Source: Nitrospirota bacterium
Lineage (GTDB): Bacteria > Nitrospirota > JACRHJ01
Direction of reading: 5' to 3'
DNA: 64,000 nucleotides
NCBI GenBank assembly: GCA_963845245.1
Contig: CAWJRJ010000014.1
Location: 79,134 to 143,133, forward strand
Every line of letters begins with the position of its first letter. Within the stretch, counting starts at the first letter, position 1. Of the stretch, positions 13,694-23,216 are shown in pieces. Under the pieces are notes generated by a model. It was given only the letters and a program-made list of their open reading frames with translations, was not told the origin of the DNA and ran no database searches. The position numbers and the translations under genes were made by a program.

Positions 13694-14517
13694 GTCCATC
13701 CTCGGGATAGTGAAGGCGATGAAGGCCCTTTCAGCGGCCAACGTGCGGAAGGGATCGTCTACGCTCGGGTATACACGCCGTTACAGGGAGTTCATAGATT
13801 CGTCTGTCTCGCTTGCCGCAACATTTCCGGGCGTAAGCATATCCGTCCTAGGCAGGAGGAAGCTCCTTGTGGCGTTCGGTTCGCAGTACGGGCTGTGCGG
13901 CGCGTTCAACGAACGGGTGCTTGAGGCTAGTGGCTGAGGCCGAGGAAGAGCTCGGTGAAGTGGTCGGGCTCGTGCTGGTGGGGAGGCGTTTTGCGGACCT
14001 TGCCCTGGACGCTTACAAGGACGTGCCTGGAAAACCTGTGGAGGTTGTCGAGGCGCCCGGTTCCGTGGAGGGCCTTGCGGAAACCATTAACGTACTTTTG
14101 GAGACCCTTTACATAAAATACAAAAACGACGATTTCGACGAAATGTACTTTGTTTTCCCTAGTTTTGTAAACGACGCCCTTTTGCTCCAGAGGAAGGTTG
14201 CCCTGCCTCCGCAGTTTACACGTCAAGAGGACGGCACCGAACCCCCGCTTCTTTATATACCTCCTTCCGAGGTGGTTGAAGGGCTAGTGGAGGAATACCT
14301 CTATGTGAACCTTTTTTCAACCGCACTTGAGACAGTGATAGCCGAGAACGAAAGCCGCATGAGGAGTATGGACTACGCACAGCGAAGCATAAAGAAAAAG
14401 GTGGAGGAGCTTGCATCCTCTTACAACTATGCCCTGCAGGAGGAAATAACGGGCGAGCTTTTGGAGATAATAGGCGGGTACGAGGCATTAAGAGAAGCCG
14501 GGCACAGCGGGGGTTGA
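13650..14517 (+). pseudogene. atpG: N-type F-ATPase gamma subunit, reading frame broken near 13925-13935
   Basis: The N-terminal 95 aa (to ...GLCGAFNERVLEASG*) and the C-terminal part (LVAEAEEELGEVVGLVLVGRR...) lie in different frames. One extra nucleotide around gaggct-a-gtggct restores continuity. Confidence 0.7.
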
Positions 14518-14655
14518 AAATTATCAATTTCTAAATGTTTAATTATCAGGGCAGGCTTGAGACGTTGTTCCTTGCGATGCCTTTTTCTGGGTATACAATG
14601 ACCGCCTAAAAAGGTTTTGAGGATGACGGATTCGCTTAAAATAGCGTCTGTCTAC

Positions 14656-14728
14656 ATTCAGTCCGCTAAAGTACGTCAAAATTCAGTTAAAATCGACATG
14701 TATTGCGAAAGATTTGCGAAAGTCTGGG
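14656..14728. repeat. 73-nt repeat R1, copy B
   Basis: Aligns to 2018-2090. TTGCGAAAG occurs at 14703-14711 and 14714-14722 (11-bp phasing). Confidence 0.8.
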
Positions 14729-14810
14729 GGAGATCAATAGCAATATTTAGATTTTCATCGGGTATAGAGTGGGGCTCTCAATGAGAGGATCAAGGTTTTT
14801 CGCCTGTGCT

Positions 14811-14865
14811 GTTGCGAAAGCCCCTTGACCCTCTGTTGTAACCGATTGATTTTTCAGTGTAGATT
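14811..14865. repeat. tRNA-Gln 3'-flank repeat R2, copy B
   Basis: Aligns to 1858-1911. Contains a third TTGCGAAAG (14812-14820), matching 1860-1868. Confidence 0.7.
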
Positions 14866-14939
14866 TGGCTGGGGGACAGGGATTCGAACCCCAGTAAGCA
14901 GATTCAGAGACTGCTGTCCTACCACTAGACGATCCCCCA
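14866..14939 (-). tRNA. tRNA-Gln (anticodon CUG)
   Basis: Hand-folded 74-nt cloverleaf: acceptor UGGGGGA/UCCCCCA, G73, encoded CCA, D stem GUCU/GGAC, anticodon loop CUCUGAA, T arm UGGGG-UUCGAAU-CCCUG. Confidence 0.9.
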
Positions 14940-14992
14940 ATATGAGAACGCTATAATAGCCAAATACAAAGAGGCTGTCAAGCGTGTTTTTA

Positions 14993-16420
14993 CTAGGCCT
15001 TGATGCCTGAAACGGCCTTTTTCAGCCGCGCGAGGCTCCTGTCCCTGCCGAGAATCAACAGCACGTCGTATATGCCGGGGCTCACCGTGCCGCCCGTGAG
15101 GGCCACGCGCACCGGCTGGGCCACCTTGCCCATCTTCAGTCCGGTCTCCTCCATCACCCCGTGGAAGACCTTCTCCAACGCCTCGTGGGTGAACTCCGCA
15201 GCCTCGATCTGGTCTATCAGCTTCTCCAGCACCGGCTTTATCTCGGGTGTGAGGAACTTCTCAGCGGATTTAGGGTCGAGTTCCACTCCCTCGCCGAAGA
15301 AGTACGTCGAAGACTCCACCAGCTCCACGAGGGTGTAGCTCTTCTCCCTCTGCGCAAGGACCAGCTTTACCAGCCAGCCCATGTCGGGCCGCTCGGTTAT
15401 GAGGCCCGCCTGCTCAAGCAGAGGCACAATAAGCTCCGCTATCTCCATAGGCTCCCTCTGGTTTATCCAGTGGTGGTTTATCCACTTGAGCTTGTCCGGG
15501 TTGAATACGGCGGCGGACGAGGATATGTTGTCCAGAGTGAAATGCTCCACCATCTCCTGCATCGAGAATATCTCCTGGTCCCCGTGCGACCAGCCCATGC
15601 GGACGAGGTAGTTCACCATGGCCTCGGGCAGATAGCCCATGGTCTTATACTCCATTATGGAGGTGGCGCCGTGCCGCTTACTAAGGCGCGCCTTGTCCGG
15701 CCCGAGTATCATGGAGAGGTGGCCGAACTCGGGCGTGGCATAGCCCAGCGCCTCGTACATCTGGATCTGGCGCGGCGTGTTGTTCAAGTGGTCGTCCCCG
15801 CGCAGCACGTGCGTTATCCCCATAGTGGCGTCGTCCACCACCACGACGAAGTTGTACGTCGGGTAGCCGTCCGTGCGCATTATTATCAGGTCGTCCATCA
15901 CCGAGTTGTCGAAGGTGACAGTGCCCTTTATCAGGTCGTTGACGACCGTCTTGCCATCATCGCTTGACTTGAACCGTATGACGGCTGTCCTCCCCTCCGG
16001 CGCGTGGTCTAAGCCCAGGCATTTCCTGTCATACTTCGGCGGACGCCCGGCGGCCATGGCCTCCTTCCTCCGCTCTTCTAATTCTTCCGGAGTGCAGTAG
16101 CATTTGTAGGCGCGGCCTGAGGCCAGGAGCTTCTCGACGTGTTCCCTGTAAATATCCAGTCGCTCGGTTTGTCTGTATGGCCCGTGCGGGCCGCCCACGC
16201 CGGGGCCCTCGTCGTAGTCCATGCCGCACCACTCCATGCCGTCGAGGATAGCCTTTATCGACTCGTCGGTGGAGCGGGTCTGGTCGGTGTCCTCTATCCT
16301 GAGGATAAACGTGCCCTTGTAGTGCCGTGCATAAAGCCAGTTGAAAAGCGCCGTCCTGACGCCGCCTATATGTAGGTATCCTGTAGGCGATGGGGCGAAG
16401 CGTACACGTACGTTGCTCAT
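14993..16420 (-). CDS. gltX: Glutamyl-tRNA synthetase
   Basis: RFAPSPTGYLHIGG (HIGH motif) and RLSKRHG (KMSKS-like motif). 475 aa. GGAGG Shine-Dalgarno. Confidence 0.95.
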   Translation of the reverse strand: MSNVRVRFAPSPTGYLHIGGVRTALFNWLYARHYKGTFILRIEDTDQTRSTDESIKAILDGMEWCGMDYDEGPGVGGPHGPYRQTERLDIYREHVEKLLASGRAYKCYCTPEELEERRKEAMAAGRPPKYDRKCLGLDHAPEGRTAVIRFKSSDDGKTVVNDLIKGTVTFDNSVMDDLIIMRTDGYPTYNFVVVVDDATMGITHVLRGDDHLNNTPRQIQMYEALGYATPEFGHLSMILGPDKARLSKRHGATSIMEYKTMGYLPEAMVNYLVRMGWSHGDQEIFSMQEMVEHFTLDNISSSAAVFNPDKLKWINHHWINQREPMEIAELIVPLLEQAGLITERPDMGWLVKLVLAQREKSYTLVELVESSTYFFGEGVELDPKSAEKFLTPEIKPVLEKLIDQIEAAEFTHEALEKVFHGVMEETGLKMGKVAQPVRVALTGGTVSPGIYDVLLILGRDRSLARLKKAVSGIKA

Positions 16421-16528
16421 TTGTGGTATTTCCTCCGTTTGCTATAAAAAGTAAAAACAAAGTATAATAAAAATAACCCTTTAAATAAAGAGTTATTTCC
16501 AGGGCCGGGGATTTATCTTGATTTAGGC

Positions 16529-16557
16529 TTGACTTTAAAAATCAAGTCTGGGATAAT
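16529..16557 (+). promoter_or_regulatory. Sigma-70-type promoter for the tRNA(CAU) gene
   Basis: TTGACT (16529-16534), 17-nt spacer, GATAAT (16552-16557), about 20 nt upstream of the tRNA 5' end. Confidence 0.45.
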
Positions 16558-16576
16558 ACCAACCTCTTGATAACAA

Positions 16577-16652
16577 GGGCCTATAGCTCAGTTGGTAGAG
16601 CTCCCGGCTCATAACCGGATTGTCCCAGGTTCGAATCCTGGTGGGCCCACCA
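16577..16652 (+). tRNA. tRNA with CAU anticodon (elongator Met or lysidine-modified Ile2)
   Basis: 76-nt cloverleaf with G1-C72 (so not an initiator), anticodon loop CUCAUAA, T loop UUCGAAU and encoded CCA. The C4-G69 / C5-G68 pairs resemble E. coli tRNA-Ile2. Confidence 0.85.
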
Positions 16653-16789
16653 GTTCATTCCTTGTTATACATAGTTGCTGAGGTGGACCAGGATGAGGCC
16701 AACACGGCCAGGTAGTTGCAGGGAAAAGTACAATATACATAAGAAAAGGCAAGGGAGTTCCGCTCAGGGTCCCTGCCATCAAAACACAT

Positions 16790-16823
16790 GATGCACCCGC
16801 AAAACGGGTGCATCTTTTTTTTT
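16790..16823 (+). terminator. Rho-independent terminator
   Basis: GATGCACCCG-caaaa-CGGGTGCATC hairpin followed by a run of 9 T. Confidence 0.65.
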
Positions 16824-16830
16824 GGAAAAC

Positions 16831-17634
16831 ATGCCAAAACTTAAAGAAATCATAGAGCTGGTCGAAAGGGTCGCACCGCCGTTCCTTGCGGAGGAATGGG
16901 ATAACTCCGGCCTGCAGGTCGGCGACCCGTCTGCTTCAATATCATCCGTGCTCATCGCGCTCGACCCTGTACGTGAAGTGGTGGAAGAGGCGAGAAATAT
17001 CGGCGCGGGCCTTCTGATAACGCACCACCCGTTCTTCTTCAGCCCGGTAAGGTCCCTGGACCTCTCAAAGGGGCAGGGCGCACTGCTGAACATTGCCATG
17101 CGAGAGGGCATCGCCATATATAGCGCCCATACAAGCCTCGACAAGGCCAGGCCGGGTGTGAGCGACGCCCTTGCAGGGATATTGGGGTTAAAGAAGACCG
17201 GCCCGATCGAACAGGACCTGGGCTGGCCATCCGGTATTGGACTGGGGCGTGTAGGCGACCTTCCGAAGAAAATGAGCTTAAGGGAACTAGCGCTTAAGCT
17301 TAAAAAGGCACTGGGTTCCGACGGGCTGAGGCTCATGGGCGACCCTGAAAGGCTTGTCAAGCGGGTTGCGGTCTGCGGTGGCAGCGGCGCAGGGCTTATT
17401 GACGCCGCATTGGCCGCAGGGGCGGAAGCCTATATTACAGGCGACATAAAGTATCACGAAGCGCTTTATGTATCTGAGGCAGGCTTGGCCCTCATGGACG
17501 CCGGTCATTTTTATACCGAGAGGTATTGTCTGGACTGGTTTGCGAAGGCCCTTAAAGGGTTGTTCAATGAAGCAGGCTTCAGGATAAAGGTTGAGGTTAG
17601 CGGGGTGCAGTCCGGGCCCTGGATGGATTTATAA
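16831..17634 (+). CDS. Nif3-family dinuclear metal centre protein
   Basis: N-terminus MPKLKEIIELVERVAPPFLAEEWDNSGLQVGD and C-terminal DAGHFYTER are typical of the NIF3/YbgI family. Confidence 0.85.
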   Translation: MPKLKEIIELVERVAPPFLAEEWDNSGLQVGDPSASISSVLIALDPVREVVEEARNIGAGLLITHHPFFFSPVRSLDLSKGQGALLNIAMREGIAIYSAHTSLDKARPGVSDALAGILGLKKTGPIEQDLGWPSGIGLGRVGDLPKKMSLRELALKLKKALGSDGLRLMGDPERLVKRVAVCGGSGAGLIDAALAAGAEAYITGDIKYHEALYVSEAGLALMDAGHFYTERYCLDWFAKALKGLFNEAGFRIKVEVSGVQSGPWMDL

Positions 17635-17648
17635 GGGAGGGGTAACAA

Positions 17649-18383
17649 ATGGTAGGCACAGGAGGGGACGTGTTGGAAGACATCAAGATTCTTGTAGGGT
17701 TGCAGGAGAACGATACCGAAATGTATCAGTTGGAGAAGAACAGGCAGAGGCTGCCCAGGCTGGTGGCGCTTGCCAGGGAGACACTCGATAACGTCGAGGC
17801 TGAGATGAACGCGGCCAAGGCTGCGCTTGATGCGGCAAATGCCGGGAAACGCGATGTCGAGAGCGAGCTTCAGACGGAAGCAGTGCACCTGGAGAAGCTG
17901 AAGGCGCGCAGTTCCGAGATAAAGAACAACAAAGAGTACTTCGCCCACCTGAAAGAGATAGAGGACTGCCAGAAGAAAATAGCGAAGATGGAAGAAACCT
18001 CTCTTGAGTTTATGGAAAAGGTCGAGAAGGCTGAGGCCGAGCTTGCGGAAAAGAAGAAGCTCTTCGAAGAGGAAGAGGTCAGGTTCTCCGAGTCCAAGAC
18101 GAACATAGAGAAGAGGTTCGTGGACGGCGACATAAGGATTGCCGAGCTTAAGGCCAAAAGGGCGGAGATCATCCCTATGCTCACCAAAGAAGTGTTCGAC
18201 TACTACGAGTTGAACAGGGAGAGGTACCCGGATTCGGTTGTGGTCGAGGCGGCTGACGGGCTTTGCACGGGCTGCAGGTTGATGTTGCCCCCTCAGATAT
18301 TCAACAACGTAAGGAAAGGCGAGACCATAGTCAAGTGCAATAACTGCCGCCGTATCCTGTTCTATAAAGAAAAAATCGGGTGA
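17649..18383 (+). CDS. COG1579-type coiled-coil protein with C-terminal zinc ribbon
   Basis: Long coiled coil plus CTGC...CNNCRR ribbon. This is the canonical neighbour of nif3. Confidence 0.75.
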   Translation: MVGTGGDVLEDIKILVGLQENDTEMYQLEKNRQRLPRLVALARETLDNVEAEMNAAKAALDAANAGKRDVESELQTEAVHLEKLKARSSEIKNNKEYFAHLKEIEDCQKKIAKMEETSLEFMEKVEKAEAELAEKKKLFEEEEVRFSESKTNIEKRFVDGDIRIAELKAKRAEIIPMLTKEVFDYYELNRERYPDSVVVEAADGLCTGCRLMLPPQIFNNVRKGETIVKCNNCRRILFYKEKIG

Positions 18384-18973
18384 CCTTGAAAAAATCCGAA
18401 CTGCTGGAGTCCTTCTCAAAACACTTGAGTGTCGAGAGGCTTTTGTCCGATAACCCCGGCCTGACAAAGGAAATGTTCTCAGCCCTGCTGAAGGAAACAG
18501 CCGGGGCTGTCGGCCACGGTATGATCCATAAAGCTCCAGCCCCCGCAGCCTCTCCAAAAAGAGGCGGAGCGGGGCGGCTTCGGATGTTCACCGACGGCGC
18601 CTCGAGGGGCAACCCCGGTGAGGCGGGCATAGGAGTCCTGATAGAGGATGAGAGCGGTCACATAGTAAAAAAGCTCGCCCGCTACCTGGGGAAGGCCACG
18701 AACAACCAGGCGGAGTATACCGCGCTCATCGACGGCCTGAAGGCCGCAGCCGAACTCGGCGCAGACGAAATATCCGTCTTCGCCGACTCCGAACTCGTCG
18801 TCAAACAGATGAAGGGCGAGTATAAGGTAAAAAACGCCGACCTCCAGGAAAAGCATGGAGAGGCAAAGAGGGTTGCGTCAGGCTTCAAAAAAGCCAGCTA
18901 TACTTACATCCCGAGAGAGAAGAACAAAGAGGCCGACGCACTGGCAAACGAGGCGATAGACAAGAGACTGTGA
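18380..18973 (+). CDS. rnhA: Ribonuclease HI-family protein with about 65-aa N-terminal extension
   Basis: FTDGASRGNPGEAGIG, NNQAEYTALIDGL, ADSELVV and NKEADALAN catalytic DEDD context. Confidence 0.85.
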   Translation: MTLKKSELLESFSKHLSVERLLSDNPGLTKEMFSALLKETAGAVGHGMIHKAPAPAASPKRGGAGRLRMFTDGASRGNPGEAGIGVLIEDESGHIVKKLARYLGKATNNQAEYTALIDGLKAAAELGADEISVFADSELVVKQMKGEYKVKNADLQEKHGEAKRVASGFKKASYTYIPREKNKEADALANEAIDKRL

Positions 18974-20484
18974 CAAAAAATCTTAAACTGTCAGTCTTCT
19001 ATATACTCATATTCCTGTCGCTTTGCGTTATCCACCTGTCGCTTTTCAACTACGCTTACGACGATGCATACATACATTTCAGGATAGCCGAAAACTTCCT
19101 CCTCTACGGTAAGCCATATTTCAACCTGGATGAAAAGGTGATGGCCAGTTCTTCACCCGGCTGGACCCTTACGCTCCTTGCGTTGTTTTTCATGACCGGT
19201 GTCAAGCTCAAGGCGGTTTCCATCTTCAATGCAGCCGTTACTGCCCTGGCCGTTTATGTCTATGCGCGGGTGGTGGATGAGGCTGTAGGCGTTGGTAAGA
19301 CATCGCATGACGCGCTTGTTGCGCTGGCATTACTGCCGATACTTGCCTACTCAAATATCGGGCTAATGGAAACTTCGCTTGCGCTGCTTCTTCTGGGAAC
19401 CGGGGTCCTTCTATACCTCAGGAAAAACAGCGTAGCCTTTCTGTTTTTTGGGATCAGCGTTTTTTTCAGGCTTGAACTGGCGGTCTTTGTGTCGCTTTTT
19501 CTGGCCTTCAATGCTTACAGGAAGGCCGTGCCGGTCTGGAAGTCGTGCCTTTATTCGGCGCTTGGCGCTGCCCCGTTTATTGCCTATGCATATTACTACT
19601 TCGGTACGATAATACCCCAGCCTGTCCGTGCAAAGCCGGTCGTTTTCTTGTTGAGCAGGGCTGATGTGATTGAGCTGGGGGTTCCAGGCTTTTTCTTTGA
19701 GGGTAGCAAAGGGACCATAATCGAGTCTGTCCTGTTGGCGATGCTGTCTTATATAGTATTCAGGACCGCCCTTAAGTACAGGCACAGATTCGAACAAGAT
19801 GTCATACTGCTGCTGTTGTCCGGCAGCGTGTTGATCTTCCTGACGTATTTCTTCAAAAAGACATATATCTGCAACTGGTACTTGCCGCTTTATTATGCGC
19901 CCTTTTTTCTTTCATCCCTGATATATGTGCTGGACAAGAGGAGCGCCTTGCTTGGTGCGTCATTAATAGCAGCGTTTTTGCCTGTTGGTGCAAACTTCTG
20001 CATTACAGCATATGCTTCGGTTTTTGATAAATCCGCCTATCCGATATATAGTTACGAAGCGAGGGTCCAGAAGTACCTTGAAGTCGGTCGCAGGTTGTAC
20101 GAAAGGTATCCGGACTATACATTAATGACCTCGGAGATAGGTGGACTTGGGTTTGCCTTCAAGGGTAAGGTCTACGATGGAGTAGGGTTGATTTCGGAAG
20201 GCGCTTTAAAGTATCATCCCATGAAGGTGCCTGAGCAAAGGCCCACAGGTGATTTCGGATCTATACCGGCAGGTTACATAAAAGAGATTCAGCCGGACAT
20301 CATTGTAAGTTATGATGTTTATATGGATGGGCTCATCACTCCGGATGTTCTTGACAAATATGTCAGGATCAAAGATGACATATACGCGCCAGAGGATTTG
20401 AAAATGTTGAGGGATAAGGGGCCTTTGCCCGGCAAGCTGCTATCCATACTTATTAAAAAAGGGCGTTATACAAGGGGATATTAG
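18970..20484 (+). CDS. Polytopic membrane protein, possible GT-C-fold glycosyltransferase
   Basis: 504 aa with more than 10 predicted TM helices. The first loop carries YDDAYIHFRIAEN (acidic DD motif as in GT-C enzymes). Function is tentative. Confidence 0.5.
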   Translation: MTKNLKLSVFYILIFLSLCVIHLSLFNYAYDDAYIHFRIAENFLLYGKPYFNLDEKVMASSSPGWTLTLLALFFMTGVKLKAVSIFNAAVTALAVYVYARVVDEAVGVGKTSHDALVALALLPILAYSNIGLMETSLALLLLGTGVLLYLRKNSVAFLFFGISVFFRLELAVFVSLFLAFNAYRKAVPVWKSCLYSALGAAPFIAYAYYYFGTIIPQPVRAKPVVFLLSRADVIELGVPGFFFEGSKGTIIESVLLAMLSYIVFRTALKYRHRFEQDVILLLLSGSVLIFLTYFFKKTYICNWYLPLYYAPFFLSSLIYVLDKRSALLGASLIAAFLPVGANFCITAYASVFDKSAYPIYSYEARVQKYLEVGRRLYERYPDYTLMTSEIGGLGFAFKGKVYDGVGLISEGALKYHPMKVPEQRPTGDFGSIPAGYIKEIQPDIIVSYDVYMDGLITPDVLDKYVRIKDDIYAPEDLKMLRDKGPLPGKLLSILIKKGRYTRGY

Positions 20485-20575
20485 CTGTTTAAGCAGTCAA
20501 AAGCCCTTAGGCTTCGTCAGCCGGGCCAATTAATATATAGACCCGCCTTCGATTATCCCATATAATAGGATTGAA

Positions 20576-20953
20576 CTCAAAGCCGTCCGGGCGGCCGCTG
20601 CTTTTGCGCAAGCAGGAGGAGAGGAAAGTCCGAACTCCGCAGGGCAGGGTGCTGGATAACGTCCAGGGGGGGAAACCTCACGGAAAGTGCCACAGAAAAC
20701 AGACCGCCCCGTAATGGGTAAGGGTGAAAAGGCGAGGTAAGAGCTCACCGCCCCGGTGGCGACATTCGGGGGCAAGGCAAACCCCACCCGGAGCAAGACC
20801 AAATAGGGGGACGTTTAAGGGCGGCCCGCCCGTGTCCCCGGGTCAGGTCGCTAAAGGTCCCGGGTAACCGGTACCGTAGAGGAATGGTCGCCATCTCTTT
20901 TCCCCCGAAAGGGGAAGGGATACAGAATTCGGCTTACAGGGCGGCTTTGAGTT
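20576..20953 (+). ncRNA. rnpB: RNase P RNA, bacterial type A
   Basis: Conserved blocks GAGGAAAGTCCG, ACAGAAAACAGACCGCC, GGTAAGGGTGAAA and ACAGAATTCGGCTTAC. P1 pairing of 20576-20588 with 20939-20952. Confidence 0.85.
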
Positions 20954-20979
20954 CTACTCTTACCATATCCCCAAGCTTC

Positions 20980-21180
20980 TCAACCCCGGCTGCGTCCAGA
21001 ATGGCTTATGGCCTTCTGCTCGTCGGCCGCGTTTACGCGGATTGCAAGCCCGCAGTCGGAGCTTATGTCCCTGGGTTTTGTGACTACCTTGCAGGCAAGG
21101 CCCGCGCCCTTCAGCGCCCTTTCGGCCTTGAATGTGAGGAACGTGCTTTTGAAGACTATTACCTTGAATGTATCAGACAT
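20980..21180 (-). CDS. DUF3343-type putative Se/S carrier protein (C-terminus probably frameshifted)
   Basis: FKSTFLTFKAERALKGAGL...PRDISSDCGLAIR matches my recollection of DUF3343. A frame shifted by 1 nt from about 21005 continues as ILDAAGVEKLGDMVRVELKAAL and stops at 20934-20936. Confidence 0.6.
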   Translation of the reverse strand: MSDTFKVIVFKSTFLTFKAERALKGAGLACKVVTKPRDISSDCGLAIRVNAADEQKAISHSGRSRG

Positions 21181-21217
21181 CTATTCGCCCTTTTGTGTAT
21201 GACCGGAAGCGGCTCAC

Positions 21218-22048
21218 TCACAGGTATTGAAGACTGAGTGTACCCTTTTCATGTTTGGGTATGATCTTCTGGAGCATCTCGATGATACCCCTTCCCATGC
21301 CCGTGATGATCTCCGGGCCGAGGTACGAGTCCGCCGTCGGGTCGAACATGACCCTCAGCTTCGAAGGAAATTCGTCCTCCTCCCGCCAGTAGAGCACCAG
21401 CATCGGCACATTGGGGAGCGGAAGCAGGGCTACCGCGTAATCGGCATCGAAGCCACCGACGCTCGTTCCTCCGAAAATCCTGAGAAGCTCGAAGAAGACG
21501 TCCGTGTGCTCGTCGGCTATGACCCTGAGCGGCTCCTCGAACCTCTTCGAAAAATAACCCACCGTGGTGGCTCCGCTCTTCAGCTCGCCGAAGGGGACCC
21601 AGCGGCCCTCAGTGGCCATTGGGTCTGGCGTCGAGGCGTATGTCAGCACAAGCCACTGTATCCAGTTGTTGACATGACACTCGGAGGATATAACGCCTTA
21701 GTCGTCCAACAGAAACTCCCTGCCCAGGACGCGCACCGAGAGCCTGTCCGTCTTTGAACTCCGCGCCGAGCCTTGGGGCGGCGGCCTTCAGGTCCGTGAC
21801 TGCGTACCTTGTCCCTGAGCGCGCCTATGGATTCTAAAGCCGGAAGCTGCAAAGCCACCAGACTGGTCCGCGTCGTCCATACGCCTGCCGATCTTTTCGG
21901 CTGCGTCGCCGCTTAAGTGGGGGCAATCTTCCGCGCCTTTGACGCCAGATGCGGCGGACTGGGCGAACGCCATGCATGTGGCAAGGCCGCACTCACCGCA
22001 GTTTGACTTGTTCAGGAGTTTGTATATTTCCAGCAGTTGAAGGGCCAT
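21218..22048 (-). pseudogene. Fe-S-cluster-domain / DUF3786 protein, disrupted
   Basis: The N-terminus carries the NCGECGLATCMAFA...CPHL Fe-S motif, and the C-terminal 143 aa look like DUF3786. The middle 200 nt reads sensibly only by hopping frames three times (near 21855, 21800 and 21745), and there is an in-frame TAA at 21698-21700. Confidence 0.6.
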
Positions 22049-22066
22049 GTAGATGATTCCGCCGGG

Positions 22067-23209
22067 TTAAACTGAAGAGGCGATGGCCTTTACCGCCTCA
22101 ACCGCCCGGTCTATCTCCTCGGCGGTGTTGAAAAAGCCCGGGCTCATCCTCACTGCACCCGTCGGGTAACTGCCGATCGTCCTGTGGGCGTCGGGCGCGC
22201 AGTGGATGCCCACCCGAACCGCAATATCATATTCTGAATCAAGGGCGTTACCGACAGCCGCGGGGTCGACCCCTTCTATGTTGAATGAGACCACGGATGC
22301 CCGCCGTGAAGGTTCCTTCACTCCGTATATATGTAGGCCTTTTATCGCCGTGAGGCCGTCCATCAGCCTGCCACAGAGCATAACCTCATGTCCCCGCACC
22401 TTCTCTATGCCTGTTTCCATAATGAACTCGATACCCGCACCCAGCCCGGCAATCCCCGGCGTGTTAAGTGTTCCGGCCTCGTGCCTGTCCGGAAGGAAGT
22501 CAGGCATCTTCTCAAGGTCGGACCTGCTGCCTGTCCCGCCGAATACCACCGGCCTCAGCCTCAGCTTCGACGAGATATAGAGGAATCCGGTCCCCTGCGG
22601 GCCGTATAGCCCCTTGTGGCCGGGGCAGGCCAGCATGTCTATCCCGAGCCTCTCGACGTCTATTGCCACCGAACCCGCCGTCTGTGCGGCGTCCAGCAGA
22701 ACCGGAATGCCAAGGCCGTGTGCCGCTTCGGCGATTTCTTTAACGGGAGTAATCGTCCCGATAACGTTTGATGCGTGGGTTATAACTATAAGCCTGGTCT
22801 TGTCCGTTACCGCTCCAAGTATATCCTTGGGATTTAAAACCCCCTCATTGGATGCGGGGACTTTCGTGACGCTCACGCCCGCCTGGGAGAGGAACCGTAG
22901 CGGTCTGACGACTGAGTTGTGCTCCATGGTGGTGGTTATGCACTCATCGCCCGGCTCAAGCAGGCCGTTGATTGCGAGGTTAAGCGCCGCAGTGGCGTTT
23001 GGGGTGAAGATGATCCTTTCGGTGTGGGTTATCCCGAAGAACCTTGCAACCGTCTCACGTGCCTCGAATATCACCCGGTCGGCCCCTATCGCCATGCTGT
23101 GACCGGAACGGCCGGGGTTTGCCGAAAGCGTACGCAGGACGAGGTTAATCTTTTCGTAGACCGTTTCCGGTTTCGGGTGCGATGTGGCGGCGTTGTCGAG
23201 ATATATCAT
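22067..23209 (-). CDS. Class V PLP-dependent cysteine (or selenocysteine) desulfurase/lyase
   Basis: 380 aa. PLP-lysine context GHKGLYGP and active-site GIHCAP loop. Reading frame is intact. Confidence 0.9.
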   Translation of the reverse strand: MIYLDNAATSHPKPETVYEKINLVLRTLSANPGRSGHSMAIGADRVIFEARETVARFFGITHTERIIFTPNATAALNLAINGLLEPGDECITTTMEHNSVVRPLRFLSQAGVSVTKVPASNEGVLNPKDILGAVTDKTRLIVITHASNVIGTITPVKEIAEAAHGLGIPVLLDAAQTAGSVAIDVERLGIDMLACPGHKGLYGPQGTGFLYISSKLRLRPVVFGGTGSRSDLEKMPDFLPDRHEAGTLNTPGIAGLGAGIEFIMETGIEKVRGHEVMLCGRLMDGLTAIKGLHIYGVKEPSRRASVVSFNIEGVDPAAVGNALDSEYDIAVRVGIHCAPDAHRTIGSYPTGAVRMSPGFFNTAEEIDRAVEAVKAIASSV

Positions 23210-23216
23210 GAACCCC

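Noticed and set aside
13900-13945. Programmed ribosomal frameshifting in atpG, and at the other frame breaks
   Set aside because: I see no slippery heptamer or downstream stimulatory structure, and no precedent in these gene families. Indel or pseudogene explanations are simpler.
17511-18557. 348-aa ORF on the minus strand
   Set aside because: It is antisense to the well-supported COG1579 and RNase HI genes. Its Arg/Leu/Pro-rich composition is typical of shadow ORFs in GC-rich coding DNA. The same reasoning applies to 3371-4264(-), 15161-15967(+), 34499-35302(-), 36411-37328(-), 40179-40925(-), 48180-49007(+) and 50561-51217(+).
20530-21237. ORFs 20530-20802(-) and 20884-21237(+)
   Set aside because: They overlap the RNase P RNA gene, whose conserved blocks and P1 pairing are clear, and the DUF3343 gene. 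No coding evidence.
21788-21790. In-frame TGA joining the Fe-S-domain ORF and the downstream DUF3786 ORF (both in the same frame) as a possible selenocysteine codon in a selenium-related cluster
   Set aside because: The in-frame translation on both sides of the TGA is Arg/Gln/Gly/Pro-rich nonsense, whereas the other two frames carry protein-like sequence (ALESIGALRDKV, DLKAAAPRLGAEFKDG). A TAA follows 90 nt later in the same frame, and I see no convincing SECIS-like hairpin directly downstream. Multiple indels explain the pattern better.
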